Of a stretch of DNA of 32,000 bases, positions 9,600-16,625 are shown one piece after another. The notes beneath the pieces are model-generated. The model made no database searches. It was not told the DNA's origin and was given only the letters and a program-made list of their open reading frames with translations. The translations under genes and the position numbers were made by a program. Position 1 is the stretch's first letter. Each line of letters begins with the position of its first letter. Source of the stretch: Candidatus Lokiarchaeum ossiferum. GTDB taxonomy: Archaea > Asgardarchaeota > Lokiarchaeia > Sigyniarchaeales > Promethearchaeaceae. The DNA lies in assembly GCA_025839675.1 (NCBI GenBank), contig CP104013.1:2220001-2252000 (forward strand), given 5' to 3'.

Positions 9600-9626
9600 A
9601 TAATGGAGATACAATTTTTAAATTTT
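9600..9626 (-). promoter_or_regulatory. 27-bp promoter-like module, copy 2 (upstream of the truncated dehydrogenase ORF)
   Basis: Exact 27/27 match to 9164..9190. It lies 14 nt upstream of ATG 9586 of the fragment ORF. Confidence 0.5.
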
Positions 9627-9651
9627 AACTAAGTATTCCAAAAAAAAAAAG

Positions 9652-9860
9652 TCTAGAAATATCGTAGGAGAAATTAATTTCAAATTCCGCATCCCAGTCA
9701 TGAGCAAGGCTTTGCGAAGTTTTTTTGAAGATATTCCATCTTGAGTCGAACTCCAAGAGAACCCCATCCAATTGCAGCCCGAACAACATACATCCCAATT
9801 AACACATATTCAGCATCAATTACGAGTATTTTAAGCACATCAAACCATATACATAACGAG
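9652..9860 (-). pseudogene. FMN-dependent dehydrogenase 3' fragment 2 (degenerate)
   Basis: ORF 9698..9895 encodes FDVLKILVIDAEYVLIGMYVVRAAIGWGSLGVRLKMEYLQKNFAK, a decayed copy of fragment 1 (FDVLKMLALGAEAVLIGRDVVRAAIGGGSRGVQLQMEYLQKDLAK). DNA similarity continues past the stop into the A-rich flank. Confidence 0.75.
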
Positions 9861-9963
9861 TTTTGAAAGTTGAGATTGTTGAGAAAAAAACACAAAAAAT
9901 TTTGGAGAAAAAAAAACCCTTTTAAAAGAAAAGCATATTTACTAATTCATCCTAAATTACAAT

Positions 9964-11799
9964 ATGATTAAGATAAAAAGATCAAAAAAATATAACTCAT
10001 TTATTTTTCAATTTTCTCTTTTATCGATTATCTTTCTTTTTCTATTGCTTCATTTTAGGACCGAAATGGTAAATAACGCAGAAAATCCGCCGAAAAATCA
10101 CAATTCAGAAGATTTCCCCGCTCCTTCCAGTGATGATTCAACAGCGTTTCTCTCAGTGTGGAATTCTCAGAAATCAAGTTATGGATCAAGTGCTCAAAAT
10201 CAAATTCATCTCCCCTTAATCTCAAATGGTAACTATAATTTCTTAGTACAGTGGGGAGATGGGAAAAAGGATAACATTACATCCTATTCGGATAGCAATA
10301 TTACCCATACATATTCAAAACCAGGGATTTATAATGTGATTATCACTGGAAAATTGGTGGGATGGAGCTTCAATTTTACGGGTGATAAAGATAAGATAGT
10401 AGAAATATCACAATGGGGGACGTTGAATTTAGGAAATGAAGGAAGTAATTTCGCGGGTTGTACAAACTTAAATCTCACTGCTACCGATGCATTAAACTTA
10501 ACGGAGACAACAACATTATATCGTGCTTTTTATGGGTGCGATAATTTAGGTAATATGGGAAATATGAGCAAGTGGGATGTTTCGAGAGTATTAAACATGG
10601 GCTCTATGTTCCTCGGCGCAGATAGCTTCAATCAAGACATTTGCAATTGGAATGTCTCAAGTGTTCTAAATATGAATAGAATGTTTTGTTATTCATCTAT
10701 GTTCAATCAAGATATCGGAAATTGGAATGTCTCGAAAGTTACGGATATGAGAGATATGTTCTATAGGACGCTTGCCTTCAATCAAAATATTGGTATTTGG
10801 AATGTCTCGAAAGTTTTGAAAATGGATTTTATGTTTTGCGGCGTAGATACATTCAACCAAGACATCGGAAATTGGGATGTATCTAATGTTATTAATATGA
10901 AATATATGTTTAATGGCGCATCTCTCTTCAATCAAGACATTGGAAGATGGAATGTTTCCAATGTTGTCAATATGGAGCACATGTTTAGTGATACATCAGC
11001 CTTCAATCAAGATATTGGAAGATGGAATGTATCCAATGTTGTCAATATGGAGCATATGTTTAGTGATACATCAGCCTTCAATCAAGATATCGGAGGTTGG
11101 GATGTTTCGAGTACCGAAAATATGAATGGATTGTTTTATTATGCATCTGTTTTTAATCAAGATATCGGAGGTTGGGATGTTTCGAGTGCAACATCTATGG
11201 CATCAGTTTTCAAAGGATCATCTGTTTTCAACCAAAATATTGGAGAATGGAATGTCTCAAATGTCAAAGAAATGGGACATATGTTTAATGGCGCATCTGC
11301 TTTCAATCAAGACCTCGGAAATTGGGATACTTCGAGTGTCTTGAATATGGATTCGATTTTTTGTTATGCATCTGCCTTCAATCAAGATATCGGAAGATGG
11401 AATGTTTCAAGAGTTACAGATATGAGGTCAATGTTCTACCGAGCAACATCTTTCAACCAAGATATCGGAAGCTGGGATATCTCAAGAGTCACAAATATGG
11501 AAGATATGTTCTTTGGGATTAAATTATCTACAGAAAATTACGACTCCTTGTTAACTAGTTGGGCACAACTTTCATTACAACATGGAGTGAAATTTAATGC
11601 AGGAAACTCTCAATACAGCTCAGGAGAAGCGGCAATAAAACGAGATTATATTATAAATACTTTTGGATGGGAAATAATTGATAATGGAGAAATTGAGAAC
11701 AATCGCCATATTTTTGGTTTTTCTTTAGAAATTTTAATTGGTTGCATTGGGATCACATCCTTAGGGTTATTCAAAAAAAAAGATCGATTTAGATTCTAA
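9964..11799 (+). CDS. BspA-like / DUF285-type repeat surface protein (26-residue-repeat family)
   Basis: 611 aa. N-terminal signal/anchor (FIFQFSLLSIIFLFLLL). Domain WGDGKKDNITSYSDSNITHTYSKPGIYNVIITG. Then 12-13 repeats of ~25 aa with FNQDIGxWNVSxVxxMxxMF. C-terminal hydrophobic helix plus KKKDRFRF. Confidence 0.85.
   Translation: MIKIKRSKKYNSFIFQFSLLSIIFLFLLLHFRTEMVNNAENPPKNHNSEDFPAPSSDDSTAFLSVWNSQKSSYGSSAQNQIHLPLISNGNYNFLVQWGDGKKDNITSYSDSNITHTYSKPGIYNVIITGKLVGWSFNFTGDKDKIVEISQWGTLNLGNEGSNFAGCTNLNLTATDALNLTETTTLYRAFYGCDNLGNMGNMSKWDVSRVLNMGSMFLGADSFNQDICNWNVSSVLNMNRMFCYSSMFNQDIGNWNVSKVTDMRDMFYRTLAFNQNIGIWNVSKVLKMDFMFCGVDTFNQDIGNWDVSNVINMKYMFNGASLFNQDIGRWNVSNVVNMEHMFSDTSAFNQDIGRWNVSNVVNMEHMFSDTSAFNQDIGGWDVSSTENMNGLFYYASVFNQDIGGWDVSSATSMASVFKGSSVFNQNIGEWNVSNVKEMGHMFNGASAFNQDLGNWDTSSVLNMDSIFCYASAFNQDIGRWNVSRVTDMRSMFYRATSFNQDIGSWDISRVTNMEDMFFGIKLSTENYDSLLTSWAQLSLQHGVKFNAGNSQYSSGEAAIKRDYIINTFGWEIIDNGEIENNRHIFGFSLEILIGCIGITSLGLFKKKDRFRF
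10516..11520 (+). repeat. Coding tandem repeats, ~75-bp period, 12-13 units
   Basis: The FNQ(D/N)IG motif recurs every 24-25 codons. Units 10927..11001 and 11002..11076 differ at only 3 of 75 nt, and all three differences are synonymous. Confidence 0.9.
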
Positions 11800-11818
11800 A
11801 TAGGCTACTAAACAACAA

Positions 11819-11828
11819 TTTTTTTTTT
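11819..11828 (+). terminator. Oligo-T tract (T10) downstream of the BspA-like gene
   Basis: Ten consecutive T residues begin 20 nt after the stop codon. Archaeal RNA polymerase terminates at oligo-T tracts. Confidence 0.45.
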
Positions 11829-11859
11829 ACTTTACTCTTATTATGAACTTAATTAAAAA

Positions 11860-12005
11860 AAACATTAGATAAGAATCTCGGTTGAAATCTCTTTCAAATC
11901 CCAAACACTTGTCATTAGCATGGCTTTTGTGAGATTTTTCTGGAGATATTCCATCTGTAATTGAACTCCTTTAAATCCTCCTCAAATGGCAGCTCGAACA
12001 ATATT
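11860..12005 (-). pseudogene. FMN-dependent dehydrogenase 3' fragment 3 (with in-frame stop)
   Basis: Minus-strand translation IVRAAI*GGFKGVQLQMEYLQKNLTKAMLMTSVWDL aligns to fragment 1 (VVRAAIGGGSRGVQLQMEYLQKDLAKAMLMTGVRSL). The A-rich post-stop flank is also conserved. Confidence 0.75.
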
Positions 12006-12445
12006 TGAATAATCGATATGAATCAATAATTCTTCTCTTCTTTAAAAGAAAATATAATAAAAATTATTGAAATAAAACAAAATTGGCGAATAAAGCGGTT
12101 CAATGGGTCAAATCTCGTGCAGAATGAAAGATCATGGGAAAAAAATTAGTATTCCAATGACTTATTATAAAATCTATTTTGATCAATTGGGAGAACTGTG
12201 AATTTACTTCATTGTACTGATCTTAATCCAATTTGCCTATTTCATAATACTAAGTGTCAACTCCAGTCAAAAAATTGAGGATGATGCAGTAAATACGCAT
12301 TATTATCACCGCTAACAATTTTTTCGTTGATTTTTTTTTAAGATATGGATTATAACTCCAAAAATTTCTAACAATACTTTCTTTGAGTGAAAGATTCTAA
12401 TCTCATAGAGAATTAATTCCAATAATTGGAATTTAGGCGATCTCT

Positions 12446-13078
12446 TTGACTAAACTAATCATCATTCAACACTGTCAATCTGAACATCACATCAATAATA
12501 TGTCCGGAGGATGGACGGATACACCACTGACATCTTTGGGAAGAAAACAAGCAGATCTCATCGGAAAAAGACTCAGAGTAGATATTTTGAACGAAAAATA
12601 TGTACTGTATGCTTCGGATTTGAAACGAGCTTATCAGACTGCTGAAGTTATTGGAAAACACTTGAATTTAGAAATTAAGATAGATAAGGATCTTCGAGAA
12701 ATTAATACGGGCATTGCTGCAGGAAAAACGAAAGATTGGGCGAATGCCCATCGGAATCCTCGAACAGAAAAGGGATTCAATTTGGACTATCGAGAATTTC
12801 CACAAGGAGAAACATGGAAACAATTCTATTTTCGAGTGTGTGATTGTATGGAGCGGATTACTAAATCCGAAAATCACAACTATATCATAGTAACCCATGG
12901 ATGCACTTTAGCTTTTATTGTTGCTTGGTGGTTAAAATATGATGTCCAAATGTTGGTTTCGTCTTACTTCTCAGCTTCCCCAGCGAGTATTTCAATTCTA
13001 CAATATAAAGAGAATTATCAACAAAATGTTTTGAAATCATTCAATGACACCTCACATTTGAAAGATTTTGGCAAATAA
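12446..13078 (+). CDS. Histidine phosphatase superfamily (phosphoglycerate-mutase-like) protein
   Basis: 210 aa. LIIIQHCQSEHH...GWTDTPLTSLGRKQA, SDLKRAYQTAE, REINTG and IVTHGCTL match branch-1 histidine phosphatases. The RHG motif reads QHC (first Arg replaced). TTG start, with no nearby ATG. Confidence 0.7.
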   Translation: MTKLIIIQHCQSEHHINNMSGGWTDTPLTSLGRKQADLIGKRLRVDILNEKYVLYASDLKRAYQTAEVIGKHLNLEIKIDKDLREINTGIAAGKTKDWANAHRNPRTEKGFNLDYREFPQGETWKQFYFRVCDCMERITKSENHNYIIVTHGCTLAFIVAWWLKYDVQMLVSSYFSASPASISILQYKENYQQNVLKSFNDTSHLKDFGK

Positions 13079-13157
13079 ATAAAGATTTTTTAGAAAGTGA
13101 AGAATTTTTTTTTTGGTTTTATGGATTCAACGATAATCTAAAAAATAGAAAAGATCG

Positions 13158-13277
13158 TGGGAAAGGAGGGCTTCGAACCCTCGATATCTGGCTATCTCAG
13201 CGAATATGGGCAATGTGAATATGTGCGCCCATATCTCATATAAGACCAGCGCATTGACCAGGCTATGCTACTCTCCC
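13158..13277 (-). tRNA. tRNA-Ile (anticodon UAU) with 45-nt canonical intron
   Basis: Acceptor GGGAGAG/CTTTCCC. D arm GCAT-AGCCTGGTCA-ATGC. Anticodon stem CTGGT/GCCAG with loop CT-TAT-A. T arm GAGGG-TTCGAAG-CCCTC. Discriminator A, no encoded CCA. The intron 13194..13238 follows position 37 and folds as bulge-helix-bulge: a 4-bp helix (C32-G, U33-A, U34-G, A35-U) between two 3-nt bulges, plus an 8-bp hairpin ATATGGGC/GCCCATAT. Confidence 0.85.
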
Positions 13278-13384
13278 ACAGTAAGACTTTCGTCTTATCT
13301 TAATTATTGCAACGAAAATTAAAAATTTTTTGGAAAGGTGCTTGAACGATTTCTTCTTGATCGATTTGATTATAAAGGAAAGCA

Positions 13385-13600
13385 AAAGTGGAAAGGGTTT
13401 CCAAATAAAAATGGAACAAAAAAGAATTAAATTTTCTTCTAAAAAAGAAATTATTTTTCATGATTAGAAAGAATAGTAAAATCAATACCATTTCATAAAA
13501 GATCGATTAATAGGCTTGTAAAAGAATTTAAACCCCGCACAATCCCACCTAAGAAACATATTCCTAGATTTTCCTTTGAGATTTGTAGTTAATCTCGATT
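13385..13600 (-). pseudogene. Decayed duplicate of the 3' end (last ~70 codons plus 3' flank) of the MFS transporter gene at 15089..16405
   Basis: Blocks ttcctttgagatt (13571-13583 vs 15287-15299) and aaaccccgcacaatcccacctaa (13530-13552 vs aaacccgccacacaattccacctaa at 15197-15220), plus aligned flanks. It is frameshifted and carries an internal deletion. Listed ORF 13300..13491 lies inside this decayed region. Confidence 0.7.
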
Positions 13601-13624
13601 CGTGAAATTAATATTTTTTCAAGT

Positions 13625-14086
13625 TTAAGAATCATTTGAAGAACTCTCATGTTCTTCTTTTACTAAATTCGACAGTACTTGTAAGGTCATTTTCTCAAAT
13701 AATTTCCTTTGATCTGGTGCAAAATCCTTAAAGTAAACCGTTATCATTTCTTCGAGCACATTTTTATAAGTTAAGAAATATTGATCAAATAAGGAAGTTT
13801 TCACGATGTGAACTTTCCGTCGATCTTCGGTATTTCTAACTCTTGAAATAATTCCTTTTTTTTCTAATGAATCCAGAAGTTGACTCAATGTTGAATTGCT
13901 TAAAGAAGCCAGTTGAGATAGTTTATGAACCGTTATTTTCTCATGGGATTCAAGCAAAAATAGAACCCTTCCTTGAGAAGCACTCAATTTTTGAAGGGAA
14001 GCCTCCCGTAATTTGCGTTCAAATACTCTATCTGATGTTTGATGAATTTGTGCGATTAACAATCCAATTGATGAAAAGTCTCTCAT
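13625..14086 (-). CDS. MarR family transcriptional regulator
   Basis: 153 aa. Winged-helix region LSASQGRVLFLLESHEKITVHKLSQLASLSNSTLSQLLDSLEKKGIISRVRNTEDRRKVHIVKT. Confidence 0.88.
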   Translation of the reverse strand: MRDFSSIGLLIAQIHQTSDRVFERKLREASLQKLSASQGRVLFLLESHEKITVHKLSQLASLSNSTLSQLLDSLEKKGIISRVRNTEDRRKVHIVKTSLFDQYFLTYKNVLEEMITVYFKDFAPDQRKLFEKMTLQVLSNLVKEEHESSSNDS

Positions 14087-14116
14087 TACACAAAGTAGTT
14101 TTTTTTCTCATATAAT

Positions 14117-14161
14117 ACTTCGGACAAGAATAATTCGGAAAGGAATATTTCGGAAACGAAT
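14117..14161. promoter_or_regulatory. Three tandem 15-bp direct repeats (candidate MarR operator) in a divergent promoter region
   Basis: ACTTCGGACAAGAAT / AATTCGGAAAGGAAT / ATTTCGGAAACGAAT. The period is exactly 15 bp and 12 of 15 positions are invariant. The repeats lie between A/T-rich TATA-like boxes for the MarR gene (around 14108-14116) and the NmrA-like gene (around 14166-14180). Confidence 0.55.
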
Positions 14162-14196
14162 TAATTTATATTTTAAAAAACCTTATTCAGAGTATT

Positions 14197-15054
14197 ATGG
14201 TAAAAATTTTAGTAACGGGAGTTCTCGGAAATGTTGGTCGAGAAGTGTTCAAATATCTACAACAATATTCTGATCCTAACACAGAAATCATCGTAGCAGA
14301 TTATGATGAGAAAAAGGTACGTAGTGAGTTTGGTAAGGAGATCAATTTTCGAAAACTAGATTATTATGATCCCAGTTCCTTTCTTACTTGTACTCAAGGA
14401 ATTACAAAACTATTTCTCATGCGACCCCCTGCAATTGCAAATATTCGCAAATTGATGGCTCCATTCATCAAACATGCAAAAAATGCGGGAGTTAAGCATG
14501 TAGTATTTCTCTCAATTATCGGTGTAAACCCGCTGGTACCACACTGGCATGTTGAAAAATATATAAAGCGATACAAAATTCCCTTCACAATGTTACGTTG
14601 TGGCTTTTTTATGCAAAATTTGAATACAACTCATCAACTTGTCATTCAAAAGGAACATGATCTGTTAATACCGGCAGGAAACGGAAAGACTGCATTTATT
14701 GATGCGAGAGATATCGGAGAAACAGCCGCGATAGTTCTAACTAAGGACAAATATATCGCTCAGACTCCAAACTTAACAGGATCTGTTGCACTTGATTATT
14801 ATGAAGTTGCAAAGAAGATGACTAATATACTTGGATTTCCAATAAAGTATTCAGAACCATCTCCCAAAGTATTCAATAAAAAAATGCTTACATATGGATT
14901 TGATCAAAAATTTATCAGGATTGTGAAACTTCTTTATTGGAATGTAAGAGCAGGGCATGCGAAGGATGTATATATAGATTTAGCTCAAATATTGAATCGC
15001 AATCCACGCACAATGGACGATTATATTAATGAATATCGCAACTACTGGATATGA
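14197..15054 (+). CDS. NmrA-like / atypical SDR NAD(P)H-binding oxidoreductase
   Basis: 285 aa. N-terminal Rossmann motif KILVTGVLGNVGREV and overall NmrA-like length and layout. Divergent from the MarR gene. Confidence 0.75.
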   Translation: MVKILVTGVLGNVGREVFKYLQQYSDPNTEIIVADYDEKKVRSEFGKEINFRKLDYYDPSSFLTCTQGITKLFLMRPPAIANIRKLMAPFIKHAKNAGVKHVVFLSIIGVNPLVPHWHVEKYIKRYKIPFTMLRCGFFMQNLNTTHQLVIQKEHDLLIPAGNGKTAFIDARDIGETAAIVLTKDKYIAQTPNLTGSVALDYYEVAKKMTNILGFPIKYSEPSPKVFNKKMLTYGFDQKFIRIVKLLYWNVRAGHAKDVYIDLAQILNRNPRTMDDYINEYRNYWI

Positions 15055-15088
15055 AGAAAGTAGAAAGGCAAAAAAAAAAGATTAGAGT

Positions 15089-16405
15089 TTATTTCTCTTC
15101 CAAGAAGGGAGTTGTTTTTTTAATAGCAAGGAAGAAGAGCGGAATCAAGGCCACTTCAACAACGATCGAGATAATAAACGGCATTTTAATACCATAAACC
15201 CGCCACACAATTCCACCTAAAATCGGTCCCAAAGCAGCGCCAATATTCGCAAAGAATAGGCGACTTCCAAAGAGTTTTCCCCGATGTTCCTTTGAGATTC
15301 GAGAGACGAACTTATCCAAGATCAAACTTTGACTAATCGCAACGGCGGTATCAAAAATGAGCAAGAAGGAGAAGAGGATCATATTTTGGACATTTATCAA
15401 AAACAAGGTGAGAAGAGCCCCGAGCAAAGCAGCAGCAATCAAACCCCAATAAATATTGATTCGTTCCACAAGAGAACCCAATTTAGGGGCGAGTAACATA
15501 GGAAGAATACTGGAGGGCATGAATATAAGAATAATGAGGGTTGGATCATCCGTGACGGTTCGCATAATGAATGTCTGCAAAAAGGGTTTACTAATTTCCG
15601 AATTGATACTCCCAATAAAATACGAAAGCATGATAAAAATTAACCCAATCAACAACATCTTTGGAATGGGAGATTTCCCTTTTATAGTTTCTTTTTCTGT
15701 AGTATTAATTAATATAGGATTACTATCGACTTCCGCAGAATGGAGAGTTAAATCCTCATCAACAGCCCTAAGAAATAGGTATCCGGCATAAAAATTCGCC
15801 CCAGCAAATAATATGATCGAACTATAGAGCAGATAGATAGGAAACTGAAATCGTTGCCCTACAATGAACAATCCAAAACCAATAATCCCCCCAACTAAAC
15901 CTCCTTTTCCAACGGCGGAAGCTCGCTGAGAATAGGCAAAACTCCGGTGATCATGATGAGATTTTTGCGCAATCAATTGATTAAAGGGAATCCAAAAGAA
16001 ACTTACAACAAAACCTAAAATTATACACGAAAGGACAAATAAAACATAAGATCGCAATAAGATCGCCAAATACATAACAAAATACGAAAGCCCTCTTCCA
16101 AAAACGCCAAAAGATCCAAGAACTTTCTTAGATATTTTATCTGCCAAGAAACCGACTATGGGAGCAGAAATAATGTTGCCCATAGTAATGAAAGAATAAA
16201 TTAGACCTAGCTGAACATCCTGCACCCCAATCATTTCAGCAAATTGAGGAATAACAAAACCTAGAAAATAAAACCCAGTGGTGCTCCAGAAAATAGATTT
16301 CACCATAGGTTGAAAATCGGAAGTAAATAAATCCGAATCTTGAAGAAGCTCAGAAGCAGGTCTTCGCTTCGGATTTTTCGCTTTTTTTACGAGTATTTCC
16401 GCCAC
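15089..16405 (-). CDS. MFS transporter
   Basis: 438 aa with about 12 hydrophobic segments. MFS-like loop motifs (GFLADKISKK, SRISKEHRGKLFG). GTG start at 16405; an internal ATG start is possible. Confidence 0.85.
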   Translation of the reverse strand: MAEILVKKAKNPKRRPASELLQDSDLFTSDFQPMVKSIFWSTTGFYFLGFVIPQFAEMIGVQDVQLGLIYSFITMGNIISAPIVGFLADKISKKVLGSFGVFGRGLSYFVMYLAILLRSYVLFVLSCIILGFVVSFFWIPFNQLIAQKSHHDHRSFAYSQRASAVGKGGLVGGIIGFGLFIVGQRFQFPIYLLYSSIILFAGANFYAGYLFLRAVDEDLTLHSAEVDSNPILINTTEKETIKGKSPIPKMLLIGLIFIMLSYFIGSINSEISKPFLQTFIMRTVTDDPTLIILIFMPSSILPMLLAPKLGSLVERINIYWGLIAAALLGALLTLFLINVQNMILFSFLLIFDTAVAISQSLILDKFVSRISKEHRGKLFGSRLFFANIGAALGPILGGIVWRVYGIKMPFIISIVVEVALIPLFFLAIKKTTPFLEEK

Positions 16406-16625
16406 AATACAAATAGTTGATCATTGCTAAAAAATATTTAGAAATTACATATTTGGAAATACATTCGTATTCGATGATATATTTCAAATATTTATGAACC
16501 AAAAATGCTCATTTCTGACAAAGATTTTATGCTATAGCTGGGTTAAAAGAAAAAATATTTATGAGCAAAAACCAAATATAAAAGTAGTTATAAAAAAAAG
16601 AAATTCTCATGTAGAATGCTTTGGA

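Noticed and set aside
10693-11522. ORFs 10693..10980(-), 10913..11125(+), 11126..11344(+) and 11322..11522(+) inside the BspA-like gene, and the possibility that the ~75-bp periodicity is a CRISPR array.
   Set aside because: They are alternative-frame readings of the coding repeats and are themselves repetitive. The repeats abut without unique spacers, maintain one long reading frame and encode a known protein repeat, so this is not a CRISPR array.
13282-13297. Perfect hairpin TAAGAC-TTTC-GTCTTA four nucleotides upstream of the tRNA-Ile 5' end.
   Set aside because: It is short, AT-rich and isolated. It could be part of the pre-tRNA leader, but nothing in the sequence distinguishes it from chance.
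13300-13491. 63-aa ORF on the minus strand between tRNA-Ile and the MarR gene.
   Set aside because: It overlaps the decayed copy of the MFS gene 3' end and flank. Its product is hydrophobic and low-complexity. It is best explained as pseudogene debris.
13867-15791. Antisense ORFs 13867..14115(+), 14394..14588(-) and 15456..15791(+) within the MarR, NmrA-like and MFS genes.
   Set aside because: They are shadow ORFs opposite confidently assigned genes.
16494-16625. The N-terminal 44 codons of the listed ORF 16494..17246 (MNQKCSFLTKILCYSWVKRKN...).
   Set aside because: This stretch covers the A/T-rich divergent promoter region, with TATA-like boxes at about 16573-16600, and has no coiled-coil character. 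ATG 16626 or 16638 is a more plausible start.
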